DNA of 64,000 nt from the human T2T-CHM13v2.0 reference genome, Homo sapiens. The position numbers were made by a program, and so were the translations under genes. Below, piece by piece: positions 13,003 to 26,230 of this stretch (position 1 is the first letter of the stretch; each line of letters opens with the position of its first letter). Location of the stretch: assembly GCF_009914755.1 (NCBI RefSeq), contig NC_060928.1; one strand, 5' to 3'. Below the pieces are notes generated by a model. It worked only from the letters and a program-made list of their open reading frames with translations. It was not told where the DNA came from and did not search any database.

Positions 13003-14037
13003 GTTTACTCAAAATAAATGAGATGTCATCATTAGCCCTTATCTCTCACACTTGAAAAATGGAGACAGTTGTTCAGAATAGAAAGGGAAACAGCTATTAG
13101 AGTTTAAGCTCAAGTTTCAAGAAGAATTCAGATAAGGCAGGTAAAAACTCTAGATACTTTTCCACTGTCCAACATCACCAAATATTAATTTCCACATACC
13201 TCTTTATTTCATAAAAATATAAATATTTATTAGAAATAGTATGTTTAAGATTAGTTTTTCTTTCTAAATAACATGATTTCTTGCTTTAAAGGAAGATTCC
13301 CTAATAGTGCCACCTATTTCATAAACTGTCCTGCAGTTTTGTGCTTTTTAAAAATTCTAATTTACTTTGATTTAAAGAATAAATATCTCATACCCATGGT
13401 GAACTATTTTATCACCCCAAAATACAAATGATCCGTATTTTACAATGAAGAAATTCATAGCATCTACCACCACATCACTGTACTATGATTGGACTGACTG
13501 AAGTATGGGCCTGTGAATATAGATTGAAAAATAAAAAAGAAATGCTAAAAAAAAAAAACTTAGCTACATAATGTTTAATATCAAAACTCACCAGACAATC
13601 CAATTTTAAAGAAACTGATGGAAAAATGCTTCCCCTAACATGAACTATGGTTAGATAGCATTGTCTGTCAGGAAATTCACCAATTCAGTAGCTGATCTTT
13701 ATGTGGAAACAAAAATAGGGCTTTGTCCTTATTCATAAGTACAGGGAAGAGACCACACCTTTACTTAAAAAAAGAAAAAAAAACCTAGATTAAATGTGAC
13801 CAGGTAGCCCCCAAATGTATAGTAAACCACCAACTAGCCCCTGGCTCCATAATGGCCATATATTGTATTCTTCCAGTTATTTCTGACAACTCGGAGAAAA
13901 ACATTACAACCTTAATAATAATTTTAAAAAATCTAAAAATCAAACAAAACAACAGGACCCTGTGGTGATGAATTTTGTTCGTACCAAAAGTATAGTCAGA
14001 AATTCTGAAAAAAGACAAAATGCTTGCATACAATGAC

Positions 14038-14727
14038 AGTGCAATCAGCATCCAGGCCAGGTCCTGTGTACACAACCTCTCCAATGCAGTGTAAGTTTCC
14101 TCTTAGCAGCCACCAACAATGAGCTCAAACGTAGTGAATCTGTAATGTGGCTGGTTTTCTAACACTATAAATATTAATAAGAGTGGCTAGTGCTATTATT
14201 TACATCTGTTGGCCGAATATTACTCTTGAGAAATAAACACTGGACTTTTTCTTAACAAGTGGTTTCTCATTGACAAGTTCTGGTCATTAGTGAACTAGAA
14301 TGAATCTTAGCTCACTTCCTTGTTTTGCAGGACATTTAACTCCTTGCTTCTTTTAAAAACTCCAGTGGTTTTTAGGCAGCCACTACAATAAATTCTCCCC
14401 CCTTTTTCAATTTACTTCCCTTTCTTTTCCCTAAGGTAGAACTTCTGTAAACCTAAAAACATATGGTAATTTAATATACAAGGTTTCTCAAAGTGCAAAA
14501 TATGTTACAGATAGTTTCTTAGGCTTCATTTAAACACAGCATTTTATACAATACAGTACAGTTTGAGATTTCTGCTCATAAATTATACCACTTAACAGAC
14601 AACTACTTTAAAAGGACTGACCACCTAAGTAACCCAATGTCTTCTTACACACGTTAATACAATGGAACTTTACAAGGTTTGTTCAGACCAAAATAAAGTT
14701 AATCTTACATTCAGTCACATATATACA
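14038..14727 (-). promoter_or_regulatory. Cluster of candidate miRNA seed matches and a Pumilio element in the ARAP2 3'UTR
   Basis: mRNA-sense TTGCACT (miR-130/301; 14038-14044 and 14492-14498), GCACTTT (miR-17 family; 14490-14496), GTACTGTA (miR-101 8mer; 14552-14559), TGAATGTA (miR-181 8mer; 14706-14713), TGTATATA (PUM; 14720-14727). Motif matches only. Confidence 0.45.
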
Positions 14728-14882
14728 TATTTTTAAATGCTCCTTAAATGCCTAAGCATAGACAAATTTGCCTATCAATAGGCAAATTCTTATGAATTAT
14801 CTTATAGTTCAGTTTTGGAGTTACACATAAAGATTGCATACAATATTAAAAAAATAATCTGGGGAGCAATTCATTTTATTTC

Positions 14883-15254
14883 CTACTTCAAAATCTGCTC
14901 ATCCTGTAATTCTTTTGGAAGGGTTCTTGACCGTTGTAGAACCACATTAAGTTCTTCAATTACCCTTGATGGTAACTTATGATCAGAGTCCAAAGTAGCT
15001 TTGCTATTCCTGTCCTCAGTCTTCCTCAATGTCTTTAGGCCTTTATGGCCTTTTGGTTGCCCAAGTGGGGCTTCAGGCTCTGTGTCCTCCAGGCAGTTGA
15101 AACTCCGATGTTTTCGGGGTCGATTTCGAAGTTTATCGTCCTTGTGCTCCAGGCAGTGGGCCACCATGGAAGCTCTCTCCTTTAAGCTAGAGTCCACGGA
15201 CTCTTTATCACACTTTTCACTGAGCCGCAGCCTTTCAAGTTCTGCTCTTGCACT
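14883..15254 (-). CDS. ARAP2: ARAP2 last coding exon (C-terminal 123 aa + TAG)
   Basis: Acceptor ttttag|AGT; SARAELERLRLSEK...RKHRSFNCLED...ELQDEQILK*; phase 0. Confidence 0.96.
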   Translation of the reverse strand, partial: SARAELERLRLSEKCDKESVDSSLKERASMVAHCLEHKDDKLRNRPRKHRSFNCLEDTEPEAPLGQPKGHKGLKTLRKTEDRNSKATLDSDHKLPSRVIEELNVVLQRSRTLPKELQDEQILK

Positions 15255-15444
15255 CTAAAAATAAAATTAAATGTCTCACAGGGAAGCAAGATTTGGCACA
15301 ATTTACGTTTAGAAAGTGCAATCCACATAAAAGTTGATGCTTCCTATAAAAGATCTCATTTCTATGACTTAGGTCCTAACTTTACTTCGATACAAGTGGC
15401 ATGTCTGAATTTATATACTAATCTTAGAGCTACAAAATCAACTA

Positions 15445-15855
15445 CAGACAGTCCCTGGCTTACAATGCCTCAATACGATTTTTTGACTTTACAGTGGTGA
15501 AAAACAAATATGCATGAAGTAGAAAGCATACTTCAAATTCTGAATTTCGATCTTTTCCCCGGTTAGTGATGCGCGGTAGGACACTCTCTCGTGATGATGG
15601 GCAGTGGCAATGAGCTGCAGCTTCCAGTCAGCCATGCACTCATGAGGGTGAAAAACTGATATGGCGTGCTGTGTTGCCAGATGATTCTGCCCCGCTGTAG
15701 GCTAATATAAATGTTCTGAGCACGTTTAAGCTAGGCTAGGCTAAGCTACAACATTCCATAGGTTAGGTGTATTTAACGCCTTTTTTATTTTATGTATGTT
15801 CACCTTATGGTGAGTTTATTGGTATGTAACCCCATCATAAGTTGAGGAACATCTG
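15445..15855 (-). mobile_element. MER47B-like TcMar-Tigger DNA transposon
   Basis: Imperfect TIRs cagacagtccctggcttac / gttgaggaacatctg flanked by TA; aggctaggctaagcta internal motif. Confidence 0.85.
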
Positions 15856-16711
15856 TAAAATGCAATCCATGGAAATTCATTTTAACATGCATTCAACATA
15901 CCACTTCGAAGGTGTCTTTTGGGTTAGTTATTCAAATTGAATCTCACTTCATACTTGCCTCTTCTAACTCACTCCTGCTTAGATATGTCTAGCAAGGTTT
16001 CTATTTTTTTTTCCTTTTGTTTAATTAGTTCACTGAAGTGTGAGCCTTGTACACACATAGGAAATGATCAATAAATATTTTTGAATGAGTAAATGAAGAA
16101 AAGTTTAAACAGTTTCCAGTATACAACACTGTTCTATTTTTCTTAATCTCAGTAGATCCAAACATAAATTTATAACAGAAAATTCAAGTGGAATAAAAAT
16201 ATTTTCATGAATATAATGTACAAATAATTTTGAAATTTGGAATTTTCTGGTAAGATTCTGATTATACATCTTAAGCTATATACATTTTTCCTACTCTGAA
16301 ATTTATAGGAAGAAATGTTTAATATCTAGCTTAATTCCAAAGTTTCATTAGAATATGTTAAAATACTAAGAAAAATAGTGATGGTTGAACAATGTAAATA
16401 CAACCAATGCCACTGAATTGTATGTATTTTTAAATAAAGTAGAAAATTCCATGATATATGTATTTTATCGCAAATGAAGTAAAAAAAAAACAAGACAGGG
16501 TTTATAAACAAACTTTAATCTTGTTAAAAAGTTTCACTCGGCATCTATTACTTGGGAAAAATTAAGGATAAATATAGAGAGGTTTTATATATCAGAGTGA
16601 CAGTTCTCATCGTCTTTCAACCATCAGCATAAAAACTTTGGGACTCTCTTAGACACAGAATTTAAGGGCCAAGTAATAACATACATAATGCTGAAATTTC
16701 AAGTACACTAC

Positions 16712-17122
16712 TGATATGGTTTGCATCTATATCCCCACCCAAATCTCATGTTCAAATGCAGTCCAGTGTTGGAGATGAGGCCTGATAGGAGGTGACTGAA
16801 TCGTGGGGGTGGGGTTTTCATGAGTGGTTTTAGTACCATCCCCTCTGTGCTGTTCTCCTGAGTGAGTTATGTTGAGATCTGGTCCTTTAAAAGTGTGTAG
16901 CACCTTTCCCCCCTCTCTCTCTTGCTTCTGCTCCAGCCATGTAAGATGTGCCTGCTTCCCCTTTGCGTTCTGCTATAATTGTAAGCTTCCTAAGGCTTCC
17001 CGAGAAGCCAAGCAGATGCCACCATGCTTCCTGTGAAACCGTGGGCTAATTAAACATCTTTTCTTCATAAATTACCCAGTCTCAGACATTTCTTTATAGC
17101 AATGAGGGAATAGACTAATACA
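16712..17122 (+). mobile_element. MSTA-like (ERVL-MaLR) solo LTR
   Basis: tgatatggtttg...cccaaatctcatg...aaattacccagtctcag...gactaataca. Confidence 0.9.
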
Positions 17123-17789
17123 TCTATAATATTAGCCTAAATTATGTAACCTTAAATGAAGGTGGGGAGATGTGATAGAAGTGAACTGTCAAGAGTTAGG
17201 GATGGGAGAGTGAGGAAGAATTTTGCATGAATAATATGGTGTGCCAAATTGCCTTGAATGCTATGAAGAAAGAAAGCCAAGTGCATAGACAATGGGGAAA
17301 GAAAGTCATAGTTTATACACTGTACTGTCCTTAAAAGATTAGGCATTCATAATTTAAAAAGAGAGAGAGATAAAGTCTGAAAGTGGAAGAGCAAGAGATG
17401 GCTTGCTATAGGCAATGCCAGTTCATGTCACAGGGTGCTGAGGGAAAACCAGTTGTTTGAACGGAAATAATAATCTGAAACAGAGTCTGTCTCTCCCAGT
17501 GGCAGACAGAGCAGGTTTTACTTATCATAGCTAGAGAATGGTATAATGGATGGGTTCTCACAGCAAATCATTCACATGGCTTTAGCCTGGGCCTTCATAT
17601 TTTCCATTAAATCCAGAGGCAAGCCAATGGTTACAGAGGTCTTAGGACACCAAAAAGTAATATGACCAATATGTACAGAGTATACTAGAAACTCTCTTAA
17701 TTGGCTTTCATTACCAAACTCACTGTATTACTTAATCTTCATGTTGTAAAATACATAATCATATCAATAAATTTAATCATCACAACACT

Positions 17790-18330
17790 TTAAACGCTTT
17801 AAACTCTGTATTATTCATAGTTTAAAGTAAATTGTCTTTATCTTAAGATGCAGAAATAGAAACTCAAAGAAAAAAATTTGCCCAAGTTTGCATAAGTGAG
17901 AGCTTGGGAGGGGACCCCAGCTTGGCCTTTCTGAAATCAATGTGCTGCTTTCTACCACATCAAACTGTGCTCAGGATACTAACAACAAAGAGAGGGGCTT
18001 ATGGGTGGGATTCTATGTCACTATTTTCTGCTTCACTGCATCATCATTCTTTGCTCGTTATTTTTGTTTTACAGATATTGCTGTTAAAATAGCAATTTTG
18101 AAAAAAACTAATGAATTATTCCATATCATCTTCCCAGTTCCTTAATATTTTGTCTCAATATATGTTAAAGATATGCTAGTCATTATTCTAATAAAGTTTC
18201 ATGTATAATGTCACTTAATCACAACAGCACTATAAGGTGGGGGCTTTTATTAATCCCACATGCTTACAGATAAAGCAGCTTAGAACGATGGCGTTAAAGT
18301 AAGATATCCATGATTTTACAGGGACTCAGT
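17790..18330 (-). mobile_element. Two MIR fragments
   Basis: gatgcagaaatagaaactcaaaga...tttgcccaag and tcacttaatcacaacagc...ttacagataaag. Confidence 0.5.
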
Positions 18331-18646
18331 AGGAGGACCACAGGTAGTATCTAGTTTGTGCATTCTTCAGCATTCTGTTTGCCTCTTCATGTGTGATTTC
18401 CTCGGCCAACAACTTGGCATATTCAGCTGGCTCACTACTAATTTCCCCAATTAACTTGAGAAGTCACTTCCACCATGAAGCCTTCCCTACCTGGATAAGG
18501 TATTCTCATATGACTTTCAATAGGACTGAATGAAAGCCAGGCTTAGCCACAAAATTTATCAATCTGCCAACAACTTCTTTGAAAAATAATTCTTCTTGAA
18601 TATATTCATTGTTATGACTGATTTTTATTAATATATAATACTTAAT

Positions 18647-18944
18647 TTTTTTTTGAGTTTTTTTTTAATTTTTTTTTCTTTTTTTTTTATTATACTTTAA
18701 GTTTTAGGGTACATGTGCACATTGTGCAGGTTAGTTACATATGTATACATGTGCCATGCTGGTGCGCTGCACCCACTAACTCGTCATCTAGCATTAGGTA
18801 TATCTCCCAATGCTATCCCTCCCCGCTCCCCCCACCCCAACACAGTCCCCAGAGTGTGATATTCCCCTTCCTGTGTCCATGTGATCTCATTGTTCAATTC
18901 CCACCTATGAGTGAGAATATGCGGTGTTTGGTTTTTTGTTCTTG
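18647..18944 (-). mobile_element. Young 5'-truncated L1 (L1PA2-like) 3'UTR with poly(A) and TSD
   Basis: Near-consensus L1 3'UTR; sense GATGACGAGTTAG (GAG, not the Ta ACA) with CACAATGTG; TSD aatacttaat at 18637-18646 and 18946-18955. Confidence 0.93.
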
Positions 18945-19632
18945 AAATACTTAATATTTTAACTCACTTTTCATTTTTAAAACAAAGGGTCAAAAATGGT
19001 TAGTTATTTTGTAAATATATTTTTTAAAATTTTTATATGAATCTAATATTATGGCAGATATTTTCATGGTTTATATGAATTTTTTTAAAAAAATTTCTAT
19101 TATTGCCTTATAAAGTAAGTTTCATTATGTTTTTCCAAAATTAAACATTTAAAAAATGTCTTTGCCAAATTTATCAAATCACCAAACTACCTTATATTTA
19201 CTAATCTTACAAAGAGCTTGGTTTATTTTAAAGACTCAGAAATTTTCCAGTAATTGAAAATGCATGTAATTCTTTTAAAAGCTTGTAAACACTTTATAGT
19301 TTCAGTTCTTCAGTTTTCCTATCTTAAATATGTTAAAAATTGTCTCTGAAATTGTGGATTTGGGATAAGGCTAAGAAATTATTATACAGTCAATCATCAT
19401 CTATATTAGATACTGGTTAATGTATTTTGATCCCAATAATTTATTTTGCTTTGCCGATAATTGATCTGAAGGCAATGTCAAAAGGTTCTACAGTCACTGT
19501 AGGGCGTATCTCTCCCTATGTTAGTTTCATCTGTTCAGCCTGTGTTCCCTGTCCTGGGTTCCTGGGAAATGTAACTCTTAGAATTTTAAGATACTTGATT
19601 AGATAAGGAACTCTGCAGAGCGGTTTATTACC

Positions 19633-19678
19633 TAAAAAAAAACAAAAAAAAAAACCCCAAAAAAACAAAAAAAAAAAA
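19633..19678 (+). repeat. A-rich low-complexity tract
   Basis: Interrupted poly(A) with no attached element recognised. Confidence 0.8.
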
Positions 19679-20665
19679 CTAGGTACAGAATGGAAGAAAT
19701 GACAAGGTCATGATTTCTTGGAGACATATTCCTTACTTTGATTACATCAGGGCAGAATGACTAAGCAGTAAACAAAGGACCATTATTTTTGAAGCTTTTC
19801 TCTTTTAGAGAAGGAATATTACAGTGGGATAAATGTTCAAGAAAGGATATGCACAAAAAGCTTAAAAATCTGATCACTAGGTTAAAATGGCTTTCGTCTT
19901 TCAAAAGTTATTTCTGTTTGGAGAGCAAAAGATTTGAACAGCTTAATTCCAAATTTAGGCTCAAGGAAGATATAAGAACACCTTCTAACTGCTTTTCTTT
20001 TTGCTTTCAGAGACTCAATTAAGACACTGAAATATGTGTTGGTCCCAAAATGGCTAATGAGTTTTGAGAGTAAACAGCCTATGTTCTTTGCTGAAGAGGC
20101 CAAACTTCATGTCAAGATTGATGCCGCTTATGATCTCCCAACCCTCAAGGTGAGAAGGAAAACAAACAGTAGCTTTCATGAAAGATGCCAAATCTTCTTT
20201 CTTGATTCTCAGGGGTCATCTTGTAGGTCCTTAAATTAACTGAGAGACCCCATCAGTTCCCAAAGCACTGGAATGTGATTATATTACTAGAAAGTTTAGT
20301 TACCAGGGCTCCAGACATATTCTGCTATGGGCTTACTCTGAAGGTGTTTTAAGTAAGCTTGTAAAACGAATTTGAAGTTGTGATTTTACCACCAGAATTT
20401 CTATACGCATATTTTAAATTGGCTACTTTAGAGGTAAGAAAATAAGTAGTATTGTGCATATGTGATTGGGTGGTCAATGATATTAAAATAAAAGGTATAA
20501 GGTTATTCATACTGTTTTCTTGCTGTATGTGATTATTACCATGCTTTACAAAGTGATTATTATTGTGCTTTTGAAGCCAATGAAGTAATTAATGACCTAA
20601 TCACATTATGACACAGGAAAATATATTCTATAATTGAATATAAAACAAACAAAATCCTAACCTAC

Positions 20666-20800
20666 CTCAATATTTTTCCGGGCCAAGGTTGCATTCCCCT
20701 CATGCTGTATAGGAATCAGAGGCAAACCTCCAATTTTGGGATTTTTGGTTATTGAACGTTTTCGTTCCTTTCCAGCTGGTGGCCATATATCATATTCATG
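20666..20800 (-). CDS. ARAP2: ARAP2 penultimate coding exon (135 nt)
   Basis: ccacag|CAT...GAG|gtaggt; HEYDIWPPAGKERKRSITKNPKIGGLPLIPIQHEGNATLARKNIE; phase 0-0. Confidence 0.96.
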
Positions 20801-23590
20801 CTGTGGAAACACAATTTCTTGCTGTTGGTGTGTGATTTTATTATGTGGTATACTATGTCATAAAGCCACTTGGTTTCTTTCCCACATATCCACATCAAAT
20901 GATCTGATTTCCATGAGAATTCCATTTGTGATTATGATGTTGACTCTGGTGGCAGCATCGCTCCAGGACATGAAACTCTTAACTGAACTGAGCTTTGAGG
21001 TCTCAGCTCAATTTCTAAGTTTCAAATACATGCCTTCTATACTACTTATCAAACCAAAAGGGGAAAAGTATTTGAGGCAACTGGCAAATCTCTTTGTGGA
21101 AGAAAAATAGTACACTTGTCTACATTGCTAGGCACTGTAATCTAAGTAACTATACATTTACACCAAATATGATTTCAGTGTAAAAATAATTTCATCTTAT
21201 ATATCCCAAATCAACCTAAGGCATGACTATCAGAAAAATTAGCCTAACTTTATGACCTCTTGAAAAATGTTACTATTTTATCTAATTGAATTCCAAAGAA
21301 ATATAATCTTTTTACTCAGACATTTCAACATCTTTACTGAAAATCATTGTACAACGGAGAGTGGGGCACATTTGTTCTCAAATCATTGACTATATATTCT
21401 TGCCTTCTAAATAATTATACATATGACTGGAGAAAGGTTAATTTGGATGGGGATAAATGTTCACAGGTAAAAATATAAGCTCTGGAGTGATTCATCTCTG
21501 ATATATACATATAAAAAATTCTTTAAAGAATTTTGTACTCCCCAGGGTAGATTAACTTTCCAGAATTTGGAAAAAGTATATTGATTTTCAAACAACAATC
21601 TATGACGTAAACACAGAATACCGAGTATAAAATGAAAAGTTTACAGATATTGTAATGAAATGAAAACCATTTAGTAAACTATATAGCTAAATGCCTACTC
21701 TTTATTTCTCTCAGTTCTTAAGCAACAGATTATTGTTCTTAGGTTGCAGCTCTTATTTTAATGTGTTGCTTTATGGCAAAGAACTCATTTAAACAAATAT
21801 TTACTGTCTACCTACCATATAATAACAGCTAATTTAACTAAGGGGCAAACTGCCAAGCTGTATGTTTATCAATGTACATATAATTTTCATTTATTCCTCA
21901 ATGATCTTACAGTGCAGATCCTTTAATGTGCATCGTATCTACCCTTGAATGTTAGTGAAGCATTTACCTTAGTTCCGCAAATCTATAATGGTAGGTTATA
22001 CAGTATTTCAATTGGAAAGTTATAGCTTCACATTATTTTTATGACACAGTACCAAACATGGTTAAAAAAAGCATATTATATAATTGTGATGTTCCCAAAA
22101 CATAAACCTGGGAGAAAACTGACTGAGAGGGAATTAGGCAATTTTGTGAATTACCCTTACACTTTCAAATCACTGATGTGTAGTGCATACGCTAAAATAT
22201 ATTTTGAAGAATCTAAGAGCAAATGCGGTTCCCAAATCCATATTTCTCTTTTTCTGAAATAATATACAACTGTGAATACCAGCTAACTCTCCTTGAATTG
22301 AACTAAGAGGCATTTTTTTCTACTTTACATCCAAGTGATGTGTTCTGATTTAACATTTGTAGTTATTTGTAAATGACTTCAAAAGTCATACAGCACGGAT
22401 CATATAGGTGAGGATCAAACTTTCATTTTATAACCAAAGACCACACCTAAACATCTCCATTTCTGCCTTCCATTTTCTAACCTTTGCCTATCTTTCCAGC
22501 TAACTAAATTTAGTTTCATTCATTTTAACTATTCTTTTCACTCCTTGAGACCTCCAATCCACCACCACTCTTCTCACAACATTTTTTACCACTTCCCTCA
22601 TTGCCTGGCTTTCATTTCATGGTCAATCAGTAAACTCACTTCCTTGTAAATATCTTCAAGTTCAAATTTTATCTGATTACTTATTTATTTTCTTGCTCCT
22701 TCGTTCTCTATCATACTTGCCTGGCAAAGCCCCAAACCTAATTAAACACAATTCAGCTTATTTCATGAGTGCCTGCCAGTTGATGGAGGACAAAAACAAA
22801 TTACTCTGTAGATCCATCACACTTTAAATTTAACCTTAAATTTTAAGAAACCATTCAGCACTGCCTTGAAGTTCTACCATGGGACAACTGGTTTCCTCAC
22901 TCTCTGAAGATTACTTCTCTCCTTTGCCTCTGCCCTTACACTTCAAAAACCCTGCCTGCGTCACATGTGGTGATCTCACTGATTCAATCCAACAATTATT
23001 ACTGATCATTTAAGAAAATACTCCCATCATGAAATGTACCAATCTCCTTGCATCTATAGTCATCTAAGTGAGTTTACTTCTTGCAATCAGTATTTGCTGA
23101 TTGCAAATAACTTTTATCCAGTCATATCTATAATTGCTCAGCTCAATGGGTCATAAATTTAGGTGGTCAATAATTTGAGAAGAAATGTGCCACAGTCTCT
23201 GCTGTATGATGATTTTTAATAATGAATAACCATGCACTAGATCATATCATTTCATGTCTGTTCAGGGCCTCTGCTGGTTTAATAACATCTCTCCTCTTCT
23301 GTCCATTTCTTCTTCCTGATTGGATTGTCTTCATATAATGTATGCAAGTACACACTCCCCCATCTTAAAGATAAATCAAAACCCCCAAACCTACCTTCAC
23401 CTCTATCTAGTCACAACCTCATTTAGTTACATAAGAAATTACTTGACAGAATTTTCTGTACCCATCACCTGGTTTTCCTCCTTTCTTACTTCTTATCACT
23501 GCTTTTGCTGTTTTTTTTTCTTCTGCCTACGCTTTAAATTTTGAAATGTCCCAGGGCTTATTCCTCCATTCTCTCTCTCTCCCCAACCCT

Positions 23591-23634
23591 CCTCCATGCT
23601 TCCCTCTCCACCTCCATGCTTCCCTCTCCACCTC
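23591..23634 (+). repeat. Perfect 20-bp tandem duplication
   Basis: cctccatgcttccctctcca x2.2. Confidence 0.95.
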
Positions 23635-23933
23635 AAACCTTCTCCCCCAGGCATCTCATCTAATCCTATAGCTTTGAATATAATCTAAGTGCTGACTTCC
23701 CCCAAATTTACATTTTAGCCCCAAACCTGTGCCTGAGTTTTTGATCCACACATCCAACCTGCTGCCCAGCATACATATCTGTGTATCTAATAGGCATCTC
23801 AAATTTTATGTGGCCAAAATAGAACTCTCCATTTCCTTCTACATCTCTGATGATCCCACTTACATCTGACAGTTGCCAAAAAACTAGAATTTTTTCTGAT
23901 TTCTACTCTTCCTCTCAAATTGCAATAGCCAAT

Positions 23934-24516
23934 TGACACAGGAGTTAAGAAGGAATTACTAAGCAGATAGCAAGGCCATGGGAGTCCTTGGTAAGGCTTT
24001 TCTTTTTAATGAAAAGCAGTCCCAAGCCATCTTCTAACAAAAAGCAGCCTGCAATCTAGGAGCTTGCAGGGGTGAATGCTGGCAGGAACTAAGGACTAGA
24101 CATTTTCAAAATGGTGGCTCCATCTTCCCTTCTCTGCCAGCCAAATGCATTGTAAGGAGAGGACAAGATGGTGTCAATCAACTGGAAAGCCCATTTGCAT
24201 AAGAAGATTAGGGTGGGGGTGACCAGACTTACCCATACACTATGTAAACGCCATATCTGATCCAAACAATCTGTGAGCCCTTCGTAAATCAGACACAACC
24301 TCCTCAAACTGGACTATAAAACTGCGCATTCTGCACTAGCTGGTACTTTCTGCTTGGAGACCTCTTCCTGTTATAGAGGAAGCTGTTTCTCTTTCTCTTC
24401 TCTTCTACCTATTAAACCTCCTGCTCCTAAACTTCTCGTGTGTGTCTGTGTCCTAAATTTTCCTGGCATGTGACAAGGAACTCTAGGGTATATACCACAG
24501 ACAACGTAGTCACTTC
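23934..24516 (+). mobile_element. ERV1 solo LTR (MER50-like) with 4-bp TSD
   Basis: tgacacaggagttaagaagg start; tataaaa at about 24315, attaaa at 24411; TSD caat at 23930-23933 and 24517-24520. Confidence 0.85.
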
Positions 24517-25868
24517 GCAATAATTCCAAAAGCCTTATTGGCTCTACCTTCAAAATATTCCTGAATCTTAATTTGTCTTACCATATTCATTACCACCCTA
24601 GTCTGAGTTGACATCTTCTTTCCTATAGCTGTTCATCCCACTTGCATCTTTGACCCTCTACACTGCAGACTCAATGAAGTGAACAAAATAATTTTTTTCA
24701 ATTAAAATTAGATTATATCCTTCCCTTGTTTCAAACTATTAAGCAGGAACTACATAATTTGTCACAAGCCTTCCTCATCTCTAATATCTTACCTTCATGA
24801 TGTTTATAGAATAAAACAAGACAGTGATGATGTCTCAGGACATACCCTGCTGGCCCCATTCCTGAATGATCCTTCCTGGAAGCCTGCATGATACCCCTCT
24901 CATTTCAGACTGGTCTCAGGTCACCTGTCACCTACTCAGAAAGCCATTCCCTGAGAACCTTCCTCAATTAGTGCCTTCCTTATGTCAGTCACATGCTCTC
25001 CTTACCTGCCATATTTTATGATTCTCCTATTTTATCACATGGATATCCATTTGAAATTTTATCTGATTACTGATTTTCTTACCCTATTTCCTATTTTAGA
25101 AATACTAACTAAACATGTACTTGACATACAAGTCAAATATGATGAAGAGTCCTTCTTTTCATGGAGTTTACATTTTAGTAAGAGAGGCAGACATGAAATA
25201 GCTAATTACATTTTTTTCTTTACTAATTAGTGTCACAGTGGAGAAGTACGGGATGCTAAGGGTGATAGCCTGAAGGTCTAAGTCATCTGAAGGTCAGGAA
25301 AAGTTTCTCTGAGAATGGGATATTTAAGCTAAAGTCTAGATGACTTCTGAGGCAGGGGTGTGGAAAGGATGGAGATTACAAAAGTACTCTGAATACCAAA
25401 AGGAGCTCATTATAGGGGGTGTTTACTGTTAATTCGCATACGTGTTTGTGTGTATGTCTACGCTTTTAACATATATATAAATATTTGCTATTTTGCTGTT
25501 TCCCTACAGAGATGAACCATAAATCCTTAAATCCAAGAAGGCTTCTGTGTTTATCTTAAGGGAGGACCTGAATAATACCAAGAAGTAAAAAGAACAGAGG
25601 AAAGATAATTAGGCTAAATCTTTGAGACGAGGACTAGGATTAAAACATGAGACAGTAAGAAATAACCTTGTAGTGAGAGTAGGCTTTGCTTCCTGCATTC
25701 ATTGTTTAAATTTCAACTGCAGAGTCTACTGACTCCAATTATAAAAACAAAAACATCAGTTTAGTTGTGCCACAAATGACACTGTAACAGCTTTAGACTC
25801 TATAGTCCCAACTTTACCAAAAGACTTCAAATCCAGTCTTTTGTTTTTCCTAAAGTAGAACTCGATGT

Positions 25869-26230
<362 letters not shown>

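Larger units (their letters stand above)
12980..14882 (-). other. ARAP2: ARAP2 3'UTR (distal end inferred)
   Basis: Repeat-free AU-rich sequence after the TAG; distal end placed about 20 nt past ATTAAA. Confidence 0.75.
22480..25080 (+). mobile_element. Long degenerate L2, split by a solo LTR
   Basis: cctggcaaagccccaaacc, taggcatctcaaattt, ggctctaccttcaaaatat; L2 resumes after the LTR. Confidence 0.7.

Noticed and set aside
14883-15197. 104-aa ORF as a standalone gene
   Set aside because: It is the ARAP2 last exon; the listed start is a GTG (Val) inside the exon.
19780-20270. Overlapping ORFs with coding-like composition
   Set aside because: No recognisable protein; the 135-nt and last exons already join in frame without it.
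20736-21110. 124-aa ORF antisense to an ARAP2 exon
   Set aside because: TTG start, no homology recognised, no promoter or splice support.
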